Assembly (NCBI GenBank): GCA_051382305.1
Contig: JBBCAV010000338.1
Span: 1-39,415, forward strand
Direction of reading: 5' to 3'
DNA from: Bdellovibrionota bacterium FG-2
GTDB lineage: Bacteria > Bdellovibrionota > UBA1018
DNA length: 39,415 nucleotides
A program made the position numbers and the translations under genes. This document shows, piece by piece, positions 1-8,388 of the stretch. How positions within the stretch are numbered: the first letter of the stretch is position 1; each line of letters begins with the position of its first letter. The notes beneath the pieces were generated by a model. It searched no databases and was not told the DNA's origin. It worked only from the letters and a program-made list of their open reading frames with translations.

Positions 1-93
1 TGGAGGACAGCTTTACTATGCTGAGAGGTGGAGGTCGCGTTCCATGGCTAACTACGCGCCAAAATTATGAAATATGAGTTCACCGAAGACATG

Positions 94-153
94 GCTCTGC
101 ATAATCAAGCGCTCCGCATAACATGGGTTATGCTGAGATCAGCATAACCCATG
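94..153. repeat. Cluster of four GCATAA motifs: 11-bp direct repeat, dif-like site and perfect 15-bp inverted repeat
   Basis: gctctgcataa (94-104) / gctccgcataa (111-121). catgggttatgctga (122-136) and tcagcataacccatg (139-153) are exact reverse complements with a 2-nt spacer. 111-138 reads GCTCCGCATAA-CATGGG-TTATGCTGAGA. Confidence 0.8.
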
Positions 154-1329
154 AAATCTGCTCAGATGCATTCTTGGCTGGGGAACAAGTGCTACGAGCT
201 TCTCCAAAAATTCTAAAGGAGAGAACCGCACAGCCGAGGTGCCGTCACTCCAGTCCTTCTTGAAACGATAAATCAGATCCCCATTGGAAGCCTCGGACAG
301 CCGCCCTTCAGCAATTGGCGGGCGTGCCACATACCGGCACAATTTCTCAAGGCGTTCTTTTTCATCCTTCTCAATGACGGTGTTTGCGTGAAGAGAGAAT
401 CCACCAATAGACGCACAACGCACGCCCTCTTTTAATGGAAGCTCTCCTTCAATTCCAAAGCTCCCCATTTTTCTAACCCGCTGGCCGGCGCGCTCCCCAA
501 GCGCGATCTTGTTTTTGACTGAAGCCCCCTGGCAAAGCTCTATAACTTCCGTAAATTCTTCTTGGTTGGAATCGCCCTCATTACTATGGGGATCTTTATC
601 AACGGGGTATCCCCTTTTCTTTAAAGCCCGCACCACGCGCGTTTGAATGGTCGCGAGTATCTGCTGTACCTCGGCGGTCGTTGGACCCCTAAGCTCGTGA
701 TAGACAACTTGCCCGTTTCCAAAAGGCTCATAATAGACGCCCTCAATCATCAATGTGTGAAAGTGGGGTGCAAGGTTCGCTGAGCCACCAAATAATTGCA
801 CAAGCGTGATCGAGCCAGAATCTCCTTTACGGACCCCCTCGCGCCTCGCGCGCTTACGCTGATAACCGGAAATGGCGCGGATATAGATCCCAAGCACCGT
901 AGATAAGAGATTACTATCGCGAGCCATCCAATACCTTAGAGGCATAGGAAATGAAATCACCCACTGCCGGACAGGTGCCTCTGGAAAAACCCAGTCCGTA
1001 TAAAACGCGGCTTGCTCACTCATGCGGCGGGCTCCACAAGAACTGCAAAAACCACGTTTTTTGCAGGAAAATGCTACTAATTTTTCATGTTTGCACCCGT
1101 CGCACTTTAGACGTACGAACCCATTGGCAAGCACCCCGCAGCCCATGAACGCCTGAAACTCGCGCTTGATATGAGAGGGCAGATACCGCCCTTCTTCCTC
1201 GCGGTCCCGAACAAAGGTGAGCCAATTTTTTTGAACGACCCGATAAAGCAATGCCTGCGTGGGATCGCGCGGACGATAAGAAGCGGCGGGAGACGAGCCC
1301 GCAGAAAAGGCGCTGGCATTGTGGGACAT
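139..1329 (-). pseudogene. IS91-family (HUH rolling-circle) transposase, apparently C-terminally truncated
   Basis: N-terminal Cys-rich zinc-binding region (CDGC...SCKKRGFCSSCG), HUH motif PHFH and catalytic Tyr in RYVARPP. The ORF stops immediately after the conserved RFHGL motif, inside the 122-153 palindrome, whereas family members normally continue. Confidence 0.8.
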
Positions 1330-1456
1330 TCCCCACTGTTAGTGCAAGAACCGAGGCAGCGCCTTACGGCGGGAGTTTCGTTAATAAGCGTTCACTTCTC
1401 GGACTGCAATACCGAAAAGCGGACCTTCTTTCTGTTGGGCGCCCCCCATATCGCAG

Positions 1457-2861
1457 CTAATCCCAGGTTTCTTTCTTCGGAGAAATAATTGCACCCTCAC
1501 CCTGAAGCGCCTGCCTCTTTGCGTATTCTTGAACAATGAAATCAATATCGAGGCAGGCTTCTCCGGCTTCCGATAAATAGCTTTTGCGAATAGCCTTCAA
1601 ACTATCCATGACAACGGCTGGCGAGGTGTCTTTGGGGTTTGGGTCAATAGCCATCTCAGCTCTGATAAGGCCCCAATTAGGGCGCACAACGCTTGAATTC
1701 ACGAACACTTCACCGCGTTTAAGACCCTTTAGTATATTTGGGTGAAGTACAAACTCCTCAACGTTTCGCCGGGACTTCATCCCCGTTTGTCGCTCTCCTG
1801 ACCAAAACCCCTCGTCCTTCACTTGTATCGTTTCCTTGATCGTCGTTTTGGTTCCAAGCATCCCCGCGTAATGTTCAGCATCCTCCGAAGTCTTAACCCC
1901 CGAAACGATCACCGTATTGGCGTTAGCCTCTATTCTGCTCTGAAAATCAGGGCTAATCTCCCTAAGATCCGCCCTTGATTGATGGGCCATCACAATACCG
2001 ATCCCCGCGCCTCGTGCGCGATCCATGAACTCAATAAATTCAGGCGTTGCGAAGCTCGCAAACTCATCAATGACAAGTGTCACCGGAACGACCGCGCTTT
2101 GATCTACCCGCGAATAATGCTCGCCCACAAACTGCATAAGATCCTGCAAGATCAGCTTTCCAAATACGGAGGCTGATTCCTTGAGTTTCAAACTATTCAT
2201 GAGCATGTAGGTGATTCGCCTTTCTTGAATCGCCTCTCTAAAATCAAAGCTCCCGCCCTCTGCATCATGGCTAATCAGCTCGCCTGCGGCCGAGTTAATG
2301 AGCTGATTCAAATTGGCGATCAGGCCCATAAACTTTGTGCGCTCGGTGGATTTATCCATCTGCGCCGCCATGATTTGAACCTCTTCTGAACTCCGGCACC
2401 CCACCCGAGTCATTTCCGCTGCAAACGCCCTGAGCTTTCTTGAGTCGTTGAGCAACTCGTAGATATGCCCCAGATGAAACCGCCTCTTCGACTTCTCACG
2501 ATACTCACAAAGGCCAGAAACCACCGTCATAAGCGCCACACTTGCCACGCTTCGATAAAAACTCTCACTCCACGTCATGGAGTTCATCAAGGCGCTATGA
2601 ATGTCTGAGCGATCCCCATTCTTAATGGGGTTATATGGAACCGATAAATCCCGGTTTGAGAGGCTTAAAAGCCGGATATCGCCCTCACGGCCATAGGTCT
2701 TTGCCGTACCGTAGAGCCAGGCCACGAGATCAAACTCCGCTTTGAAATCCAAGAAAATCACCGCGTGTCCACGCTCGATCCTGTTCTTCATTAAATTTTT
2801 AAGAATCGTCGTCTTCCCGCCGCCCGTAGGTGCGACGATTTCAACGTGATGGCTTAGGTGC
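1457..2861 (-). pseudogene. Type IV coupling protein (VirD4/TraD/TraG-like), 5' end missing
   Basis: Walker B TLVIDEF, RARGAGIGIVMAHQS and ANANTVI motifs. The frame continues upstream of ATG 2791 as HLSHHVEIVAPTGGGKTTILKNL (Walker A) and is then cut near 2861-2869, with no start codon or N-terminal membrane region. Confidence 0.85.
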
Positions 2862-3049
2862 TGTAGTTAGAGTTTAAGGCACTTGAAGCCCGGACAGTTT
2901 GACAGGAGAACCGGGTTGGTAAGGTTTCCTGGTTTTAGTACATTCACTTCAAGGTTCGGTAAGGTTCCTCTGGAAGTTTAGGAAAAAATGATGATTTTTT
3001 CTTCGCGGCCTACCCAGAACACTCACCACGTTGCCCTGAGTGCGACTTC

Positions 3050-4900
3050 TTAATCGTTGCCAATGGTGGACGTCATCCAAACATTTGGAGCGGGCGCAGA
3101 CATTCGAATAAAGTTTTCCCACTCAAAAAGTTTGCATAGCAGATTGTCTCGACGCTCCTTGGATACCTTTTTCGATTTAACTACGAACCCAGCAATGGCT
3201 TCTCGAAGCTGAGTGGCTCGCTCAGTGCTGCCTTTGGAAGCAACCAAAAAAGATTTTTTCAGATCGCGTAAGATCGGGATCGTGAACGCAGGGATGGGAG
3301 TGTTCATGAAGTCGGCGGCGAGTCGTGTACAAGTTGCTTCGGGATGACTTTTGAGTGACCCTGCAAGATCCTGCTCTCGAAGCTTGCCCATCGTATCCCA
3401 ATGGTGGGTGTAGACGGTTTCAAGCTCAGAATACAGCTGGGTCACTGTGTTTTGCTCCGCTAAATGACGTAAAATCCCACCAAAATAGGCGTGTCCATAG
3501 CCCTTTTCCGGGTGTTCTTTGCGTTTTTGCTCCCAGATTGCGGTGGCTCCCAAGATCATATTCGGAGTGAATCGTGAGTTTTGGAGCGCTTTATCAAATA
3601 CATCCCGGTGAGGAGGTGTGGTTTTTTCGGCGGCTTGAGCTATGGCAACTGCCTTCTCGGCAGACACGATGGGCTGGGCTTGCTCATTTTTGAATCGCTC
3701 GGCCATTGCCTTGAGGTTCTCTCGAATCGTGGCCTCTTCCTCGGGGGTGGCTTGCGTGGCTTCATCCATGACTTCCTTCGCACTTTTAAAAGACAAGGAT
3801 TTACGTGGACCGTGATTCCGCATTTGCGTGAAAACCTCTACGAAGGCTTGCGCGATGGAGCGCGACAGCTCCTCGGGCGTTGCACCAGTGACTTCAATTT
3901 TTCCTCCCACCCATTTCTCAAAAATGTTGAAGTTTCCCTCTACAATCCCATTACTTTTAGAGTTCCCAGGAAAAATTTTAATGATCTTTATGTTCAGCTC
4001 ATCGAGGAACGCCCTAATTGCCGGAAGATCCTCTGATAAACGGTTATCCAAGACGATCGCCAGGGGAGCAACCCCCAGCCAATTGCTCGATTCCTTGATT
4101 GCCATGAGCAAATTTTCCGTGTTTTCTCTGCGGTCGATTATTCCCCCAACAATTACGGTCGTCGCTCCATCAATCAGGCATTGCCAAACCCACTCAAAAA
4201 CCTCCCCGTTGATGATGACGATCATGCGCTTGCCGTCACTACCCCACACATGGTTGGGTTTAAATCGCAGGATCTTATCGAGCCCCTTATTTTTGAGGAA
4301 GATCCCACGCGGATTGACGAAGCCCAGACGACGAAGCCAATGAAGGCACTGGCGATAATTCATCCCAATACGCCCTAAAAAATCAGGGTTTTTTTCACAA
4401 AAACGTTTTACTGACTTCGCACCACGCCCACTTCTCAGATACTCATTGGCCAGTTCGACCACGAATTTTGGCAGCTCCTCATATTCTTTCTCGGGCTTCG
4501 CGCCTTCTGCGGCCACAAATTTGGGGAACTTTTTGAGCGTATCAAGTGGGATCTTCAAAATCTGACTCACACACTCGATCGTAAGACCGTAGTGAGATCT
4601 GCGATCTTCGACAATCGCCTTATAGGCCGGGTCAAATTGAATCCGCACCCCATCCTCTCGTGCGTCCGGGTGCTTCACCTGATAACGAAGTATCTCATTC
4701 TCGAATTGATATGTGCGAATCACCTGACACGAAGCCTGATTACAGGGCTTTTGAGGTGTATTTGGCATCCAGCTAAGACGCCTCTTTATCAGTTCTGCCG
4801 CCGCGTAAGCGGCACTTCGCCCAATGCCGAGGGTCGTACAGACGCTCTCCATGGAGCTTCCCGGAGGGAAGCGGTCATGAAGAGAACGAGTTGCAATCAA
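3050..4900 (-). CDS. Large DDE (rve/integrase core) transposase with N-terminal HTH-like region and long C-terminal extension; start uncertain
   Basis: WGSDGK (D1), VLDNR (D2) and SNGIVEG (E) with exact D-35-E spacing. N-terminal helix-turn-helix-like VCTTLGIGRSAAY. The frame is open upstream to 5011; alternative ATG at 4852. Confidence 0.8.
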   Translation of the reverse strand: MIATRSLHDRFPPGSSMESVCTTLGIGRSAAYAAAELIKRRLSWMPNTPQKPCNQASCQVIRTYQFENEILRYQVKHPDAREDGVRIQFDPAYKAIVEDRRSHYGLTIECVSQILKIPLDTLKKFPKFVAAEGAKPEKEYEELPKFVVELANEYLRSGRGAKSVKRFCEKNPDFLGRIGMNYRQCLHWLRRLGFVNPRGIFLKNKGLDKILRFKPNHVWGSDGKRMIVIINGEVFEWVWQCLIDGATTVIVGGIIDRRENTENLLMAIKESSNWLGVAPLAIVLDNRLSEDLPAIRAFLDELNIKIIKIFPGNSKSNGIVEGNFNIFEKWVGGKIEVTGATPEELSRSIAQAFVEVFTQMRNHGPRKSLSFKSAKEVMDEATQATPEEEATIRENLKAMAERFKNEQAQPIVSAEKAVAIAQAAEKTTPPHRDVFDKALQNSRFTPNMILGATAIWEQKRKEHPEKGYGHAYFGGILRHLAEQNTVTQLYSELETVYTHHWDTMGKLREQDLAGSLKSHPEATCTRLAADFMNTPIPAFTIPILRDLKKSFLVASKGSTERATQLREAIAGFVVKSKKVSKERRDNLLCKLFEWENFIRMSAPAPNVWMTSTIGND

Positions 4901-4985
4901 TAATCCCGCTTGCCAACTGGCCGGAGCCTCTTCTATCTTGAAGATTGTGGGTGCCTTTCTTGCCTGCGCGCGGCTACTCGGACGC

Positions 4986-5210
4986 TTACTCTTTCTGTCT
5001 GCTGCTTGCTGCTAATGCCTTCAGTTGATCCGCCACTGTCGGCGTGGATTCGCTCGGAGGGGGAGGCGCTTTACAGCCAAGCGTTGTGCAAAGGTTCTCC
5101 AAATCCCCATCTTTCTGGTAATCCTTGATTGCAGGCTCAAACATCGCAAGAATCGCCGCGTGCAGTGCTTTATTGATTTCGTCTCTATTTCCATCTATTT
5201 TCAGGATCAC
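4986..5210 (-). CDS. 74-aa hypothetical protein between the two transposases
   Basis: GTG start with a strong SD (GGAGGGG) upstream; co-oriented with both transposases and fills the gap between them. Confidence 0.7.
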   Translation of the reverse strand: MILKIDGNRDEINKALHAAILAMFEPAIKDYQKDGDLENLCTTLGCKAPPPPSESTPTVADQLKALAASSRQKE

Positions 5211-5219
5211 GTTTACGTC

Positions 5220-5261
5220 CCCTCCGCTTTGTGTGGCGACAGTTCACCACACAAAGGAGGG
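5220..5261 (-). promoter_or_regulatory. RNA hairpin that sequesters the SD of the 74-aa ORF
   Basis: mRNA CCCUCC-UUUGUGUGGUGA-ACUG-UCGCCACACAAA-GC-GGAGGG gives an 18-bp stem with one G-U pair and a 2-nt bulge. It starts 4 nt after the upstream TGA (5266-5268). Confidence 0.7.
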
Positions 5262-5265
5262 CATT

Positions 5266-6408
5266 TCAAGCCGCGCGATTGATTCGCAAAAGTGCCACTT
5301 TCATAACCTCTGTCCACGCATCATTCTCCACCTTCTCTTTTGAGGCAGGGATCTCCTTGCTCTGGATGGCCGTGTTCCATCCGTAAAGAAATCGATCCGC
5401 AGGAACCGCCCCCTTTGGAAGCCCCATGTGCGTTCGCTCGAAGTTATAAAACCGGAGCCATTCCACGATAGCGGAACTTGCTTCTTCGAGGCTCGCGTAG
5501 AGCTTTACATCGAGGACTTCTTTTTCGATCTGCTTATTGACGTTCTCGATTTTGCCGTTAGAACGTGGGGTTTTGGCCTTAATTTGATCAACTCCGTACT
5601 CCTCGGATATCAGTTTCTGAAAACGATTGATCCCATTCCAACTGTAAAAAGCACTTCCCGCATCCGTTATCAAGGATTGCATTTTTCCGTAGCGGTCCAC
5701 GCATTCCTCGAACGCTTCTATGACTGACTTCATGTTTTCTGAGTCCGTCATCCGGTGGCCGCAAAGAAACCGGCTGAAGTCGTCTTGCAATAAAAGTAGG
5801 TAGACCTTCTGTTTGTTGATGTAAAAATGTTTAAAATCCATGTGGACGAGTTCCAAGGGTCTTACGGCCTCATAACGATTGATCTCAATCTCCTTTATCG
5901 TGGTTTTTGGCGGCGTATAGCCGTTCTCCTCTAAGATTTTTCGCACAGTAGCGACGTTAATCTTGATCCCTGCACGATGAAGTTGATTGCGAATCTGCGC
6001 GGGCCCCAGGCCAGGACGTGAGCGCCACTGATGCAAAACGGCCTTCCACTGCGGGTGATGCCCCTTGTGATAATCGGAGGGGGGCACCACAACAGATCCG
6101 CTTTGCGACTGCACCGCTGATTCGGGAGCGGCAATTGGCTCATGCTCCGTTGATTTTGATGACTGAGATTCACGGCGCAACCAACGATTTACGGTTTCGT
6201 GGCAGATACCGTACTTCTCTCGAAGCTCGTCTAATTTTTTCCCCTGGGCCATCTCAGTGAGAATCGCGCGTTTCTCTGCTGGACCGTACCTGCGACCGCG
6301 ATTTATGGGTTTCTTTTCAGACTCCTTGGCCGTCTTCTTGGCAGCGATTGCTTCCATCACGGCATTAATCAGATCTTCATCACTACGGGACGTCGCATTT
6401 TTAGACAT
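5266..6408 (-). CDS. IS481/IS3-like single-ORF DDE transposase (HTH + HTH + rve), about 380 aa
   Basis: HTH RRYGPAEKRAIL...YGICHETVNRW, second HTH GPAQIRNQL...VRKIL, then VHMDFK, ITDAGS, PRSNGKIE and YNFERTHMGL. Start moved to ATG 6408, which follows SD GAGGAGG. Confidence 0.88.
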   Translation of the reverse strand: MSKNATSRSDEDLINAVMEAIAAKKTAKESEKKPINRGRRYGPAEKRAILTEMAQGKKLDELREKYGICHETVNRWLRRESQSSKSTEHEPIAAPESAVQSQSGSVVVPPSDYHKGHHPQWKAVLHQWRSRPGLGPAQIRNQLHRAGIKINVATVRKILEENGYTPPKTTIKEIEINRYEAVRPLELVHMDFKHFYINKQKVYLLLLQDDFSRFLCGHRMTDSENMKSVIEAFEECVDRYGKMQSLITDAGSAFYSWNGINRFQKLISEEYGVDQIKAKTPRSNGKIENVNKQIEKEVLDVKLYASLEEASSAIVEWLRFYNFERTHMGLPKGAVPADRFLYGWNTAIQSKEIPASKEKVENDAWTEVMKVALLRINRAA

Positions 6409-6600
6409 GGGCTTCCTCCTCGAAAAGGAAACCTCGGCCAACTGCGGCAAATCGTCCGGTCAGATCCGCCCTGCTTGGTGCCTTACGCCGCTAACCAGAG
6501 CAGCTAAGGCTGTGGAAAAATGAACTAAAGCGCAGCATATCCCATCCTGACACCCGACTGGGCGACTCTCGAACCTAGAGTTAATTGGCGGTATTGTCAG

Positions 6601-6626
6601 TGATATAGTAGACAAGCGCGAAAGGA
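6601..6626 (+). promoter_or_regulatory. Candidate extended -10 promoter and SD for the recombinase
   Basis: TGaTATAGT at 6601-6609; AAAGGA at 6621-6626; ATG at 6635. Confidence 0.5.
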
Positions 6627-6634
6627 AGCAAATC

Positions 6635-8212
6635 ATGGATTGGAAGGGTAAAAATAATCGCGCTATCGGCATCCTGCGCGTAAGCAGCAATCGGCAGAAA
6701 GACAACACGTCCCATGACGTTCAAAGGCATGAGGTTCAAGAGTATTGCCAGTTCAACGGCCTTGAACTGACCAAGGTTTTTGAAATTGTTGAATCCGCAA
6801 AGGACTTCGAGGACCGGAAAAAATATCGGAGCGCGATGCTATTTGCCGCCGAGAAAGGTATCCAGCACGTTTTGTTTTATATGTTCGACCGTGAGGCCCG
6901 CAATCTCACCGACAATGAAGAAAATGAAAAGCTCGTCAGGCTCGGTCAAATCGTTCTGCATTATGTGCGTGAGCGAAAAATTCTGCACAAAGAAAGTCCC
7001 GATTCTGACTTTCTGATGCGTGATTTTCATGCGATCCAAAACAAAAATTACAGCCGGGCCTTGAGCGTTAAGGTCAATGACTCAATGAAGAGAAAGGCCG
7101 AAGAAGGTTGGTATCCAAGTAATAGGCCGCCGCTAGGCTATATCTGTAAAGCGTTACTCAACGAAGAGGGCAGAGAACGGAGACGCGGAAAAATCATTGT
7201 CCCAGATCCAAACATGCAAAAACGAGAACAGGTCATTCGAGAGTTTGAGTTGCGAGCCACCGGGCTTTCATTTGAAGAAATCCGTAAACGAGTTATTGCA
7301 GACGGACTTATCCGACCAGAGAAAATCAAAAACTATCATGCTACCGGCATCGAAGGGCGGATTAAGAACCCTTTTTATCGGGGTCAGTTCCTTTGGCAGG
7401 GACAAGTTCATAAAGGAAAACACGAAATAATTATCCCGAACGATATTATCAGAAGGGTGGATGCGACACTCTACAAGAAGAATTTTTCTCGTAGGCCCGA
7501 GGGGGGGCAAGCCGTCCTGGCGGGAGGCTGGCTCATTTGCGGCGACCCAGCTTGTGGCTGCAACATTGTTCATGAACTTAAAACCAAACGCCCCAAAACA
7601 GGTGCCCCTAAACTTTTCAACTACCTCCACTGCACGAACGGAAAAAAAATTCACCCAAATCTGAAAGGAATGCACGTGACCGAGGAAAAAATCTGGAACC
7701 AGCTCGAAGGTGCGTTGGATGCCATTTCCATTTCAAAGGAGTTTGCTGCTGAAATCAGTGAGGCCATGAATAAGGCGCAGCGCAAGACCCAGGACGCAAC
7801 CAAACGCGAAATGGCTCAATATAGAGATGCCCTTGTTGCTTTAGAGAGCGAGGAAGATCAACTGTATGGGGATTTAAAGAAAGGGGTGATTGCCGAACTT
7901 GCCTATCACCGACTTTTAAAACGGGTCCGTGATCAGCGACTTCATTTCAGCAATCTATTGGAGGGTGCGAGTCTCGCCATTTCAGACGCGGGGATGGAAA
8001 CCGTAAAATCTATTCTCGAACTCGCCACGTCAGCGAAATCACTATGGATAGATCGCTCGCCCCAAGAGCGGCGGGACTTCCTTGATGACATACTCTCGAA
8101 CCCGGTCTTGGATGGGACAACTGTGCGATATGAAATAAAAAAACCATTCCGAATAATCTCCGAAATGGCGAAATCTAATGTATGGCGGACCCAAGAGGGT
8201 TCGAACCTCTGA
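6635..8212 (+). CDS. Large serine recombinase (integrase)
   Basis: Catalytic ILRVSSNRQ, DREARN, recombinase domain (PPLGY, NPFYRG, GKHEIII), zinc ribbon (ICGDPACG...YLHC) and coiled coil. The last 30 nt overlap the tRNA 3' end. Confidence 0.93.
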   Translation: MDWKGKNNRAIGILRVSSNRQKDNTSHDVQRHEVQEYCQFNGLELTKVFEIVESAKDFEDRKKYRSAMLFAAEKGIQHVLFYMFDREARNLTDNEENEKLVRLGQIVLHYVRERKILHKESPDSDFLMRDFHAIQNKNYSRALSVKVNDSMKRKAEEGWYPSNRPPLGYICKALLNEEGRERRRGKIIVPDPNMQKREQVIREFELRATGLSFEEIRKRVIADGLIRPEKIKNYHATGIEGRIKNPFYRGQFLWQGQVHKGKHEIIIPNDIIRRVDATLYKKNFSRRPEGGQAVLAGGWLICGDPACGCNIVHELKTKRPKTGAPKLFNYLHCTNGKKIHPNLKGMHVTEEKIWNQLEGALDAISISKEFAAEISEAMNKAQRKTQDATKREMAQYRDALVALESEEDQLYGDLKKGVIAELAYHRLLKRVRDQRLHFSNLLEGASLAISDAGMETVKSILELATSAKSLWIDRSPQERRDFLDDILSNPVLDGTTVRYEIKKPFRIISEMAKSNVWRTQEGSNL

Positions 8213-8260
8213 CCTCCACATCCGTAGTGTGGCGCTCTAATCCAACTGAGCTATGGGTCC
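8183..8260 (-). tRNA. tRNA-Arg (anticodon ACG)
   Basis: Reverse complement GGACCCATAGCTCAGTTGGATTAGAGCGCCACACTACGGATGTGGAGGTCAGAGGTTCGAACCCTCTTGGGTCCGCCA shows acceptor stem, D-arm, anticodon arm CCACA-CTACGGA-TGTGG, GTTCGAA T-loop and encoded CCA. Confidence 0.97.
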
Positions 8261-8281
8261 ACCGATATTTGAAGAATTCCT

Positions 8282-8310
8282 TGATTACACGATCACGGAG
8301 CGGAGCGCAA
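8282..8310 (-). promoter_or_regulatory. Candidate sigma70 promoter of the tRNA
   Basis: TTGCGC-17 bp-TAATCA on the minus strand, about 20 nt upstream of the mature tRNA. Confidence 0.45.
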
Positions 8311-8388
8311 GCTCATCTTTTACTGTTGAAATCTAAAGGAAATTTCACTTCTTCCCTCCGCAACCCCGCCCGGTATAACCTAAAACAA

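Larger units (their letters stand above)
2862..6500 (-). mobile_element. Putative transposon with two DDE transposases and a small ORF; boundaries tentative
   Basis: Begins with TGT (2862) where the coupling-protein gene is cut. Subterminal repeat GGTAAGGTT at 2918 and 2958. Only a weak partial inverted match at 6478-6499, and no target duplication found. Confidence 0.5.
1..8182. mobile_element. Right-hand part of a tRNA-Arg-associated genomic island (ICE/IME-like relic); left boundary probably outside the window
   Basis: Large serine recombinase running into the tRNA 3' end, plus a coupling-protein fragment and three transposase genes; housekeeping genes start right after the tRNA. No duplicated tRNA 3' fragment was seen in the window. 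Confidence 0.75.

Noticed and set aside
116-148. GCATAAC/GTTATGC resembling integron attC core sites
   Set aside because: Only 4 nt separate the sites, there are no L boxes or cassette array, and no integron integrase is present.
2862-6500. Tn7-like, CAST or IS21-like element
   Set aside because: No TnsC/IstB ATPase, TniQ or Cas genes are present; the only nearby Walker A belongs to the interrupted coupling protein.
8182-8388. N-terminal 69 aa of the 239-aa ORF (MADPRGFEPL...)
   Set aside because: This is the antisense translation of the tRNA and its promoter; YjbQ similarity begins after ATG 8389.
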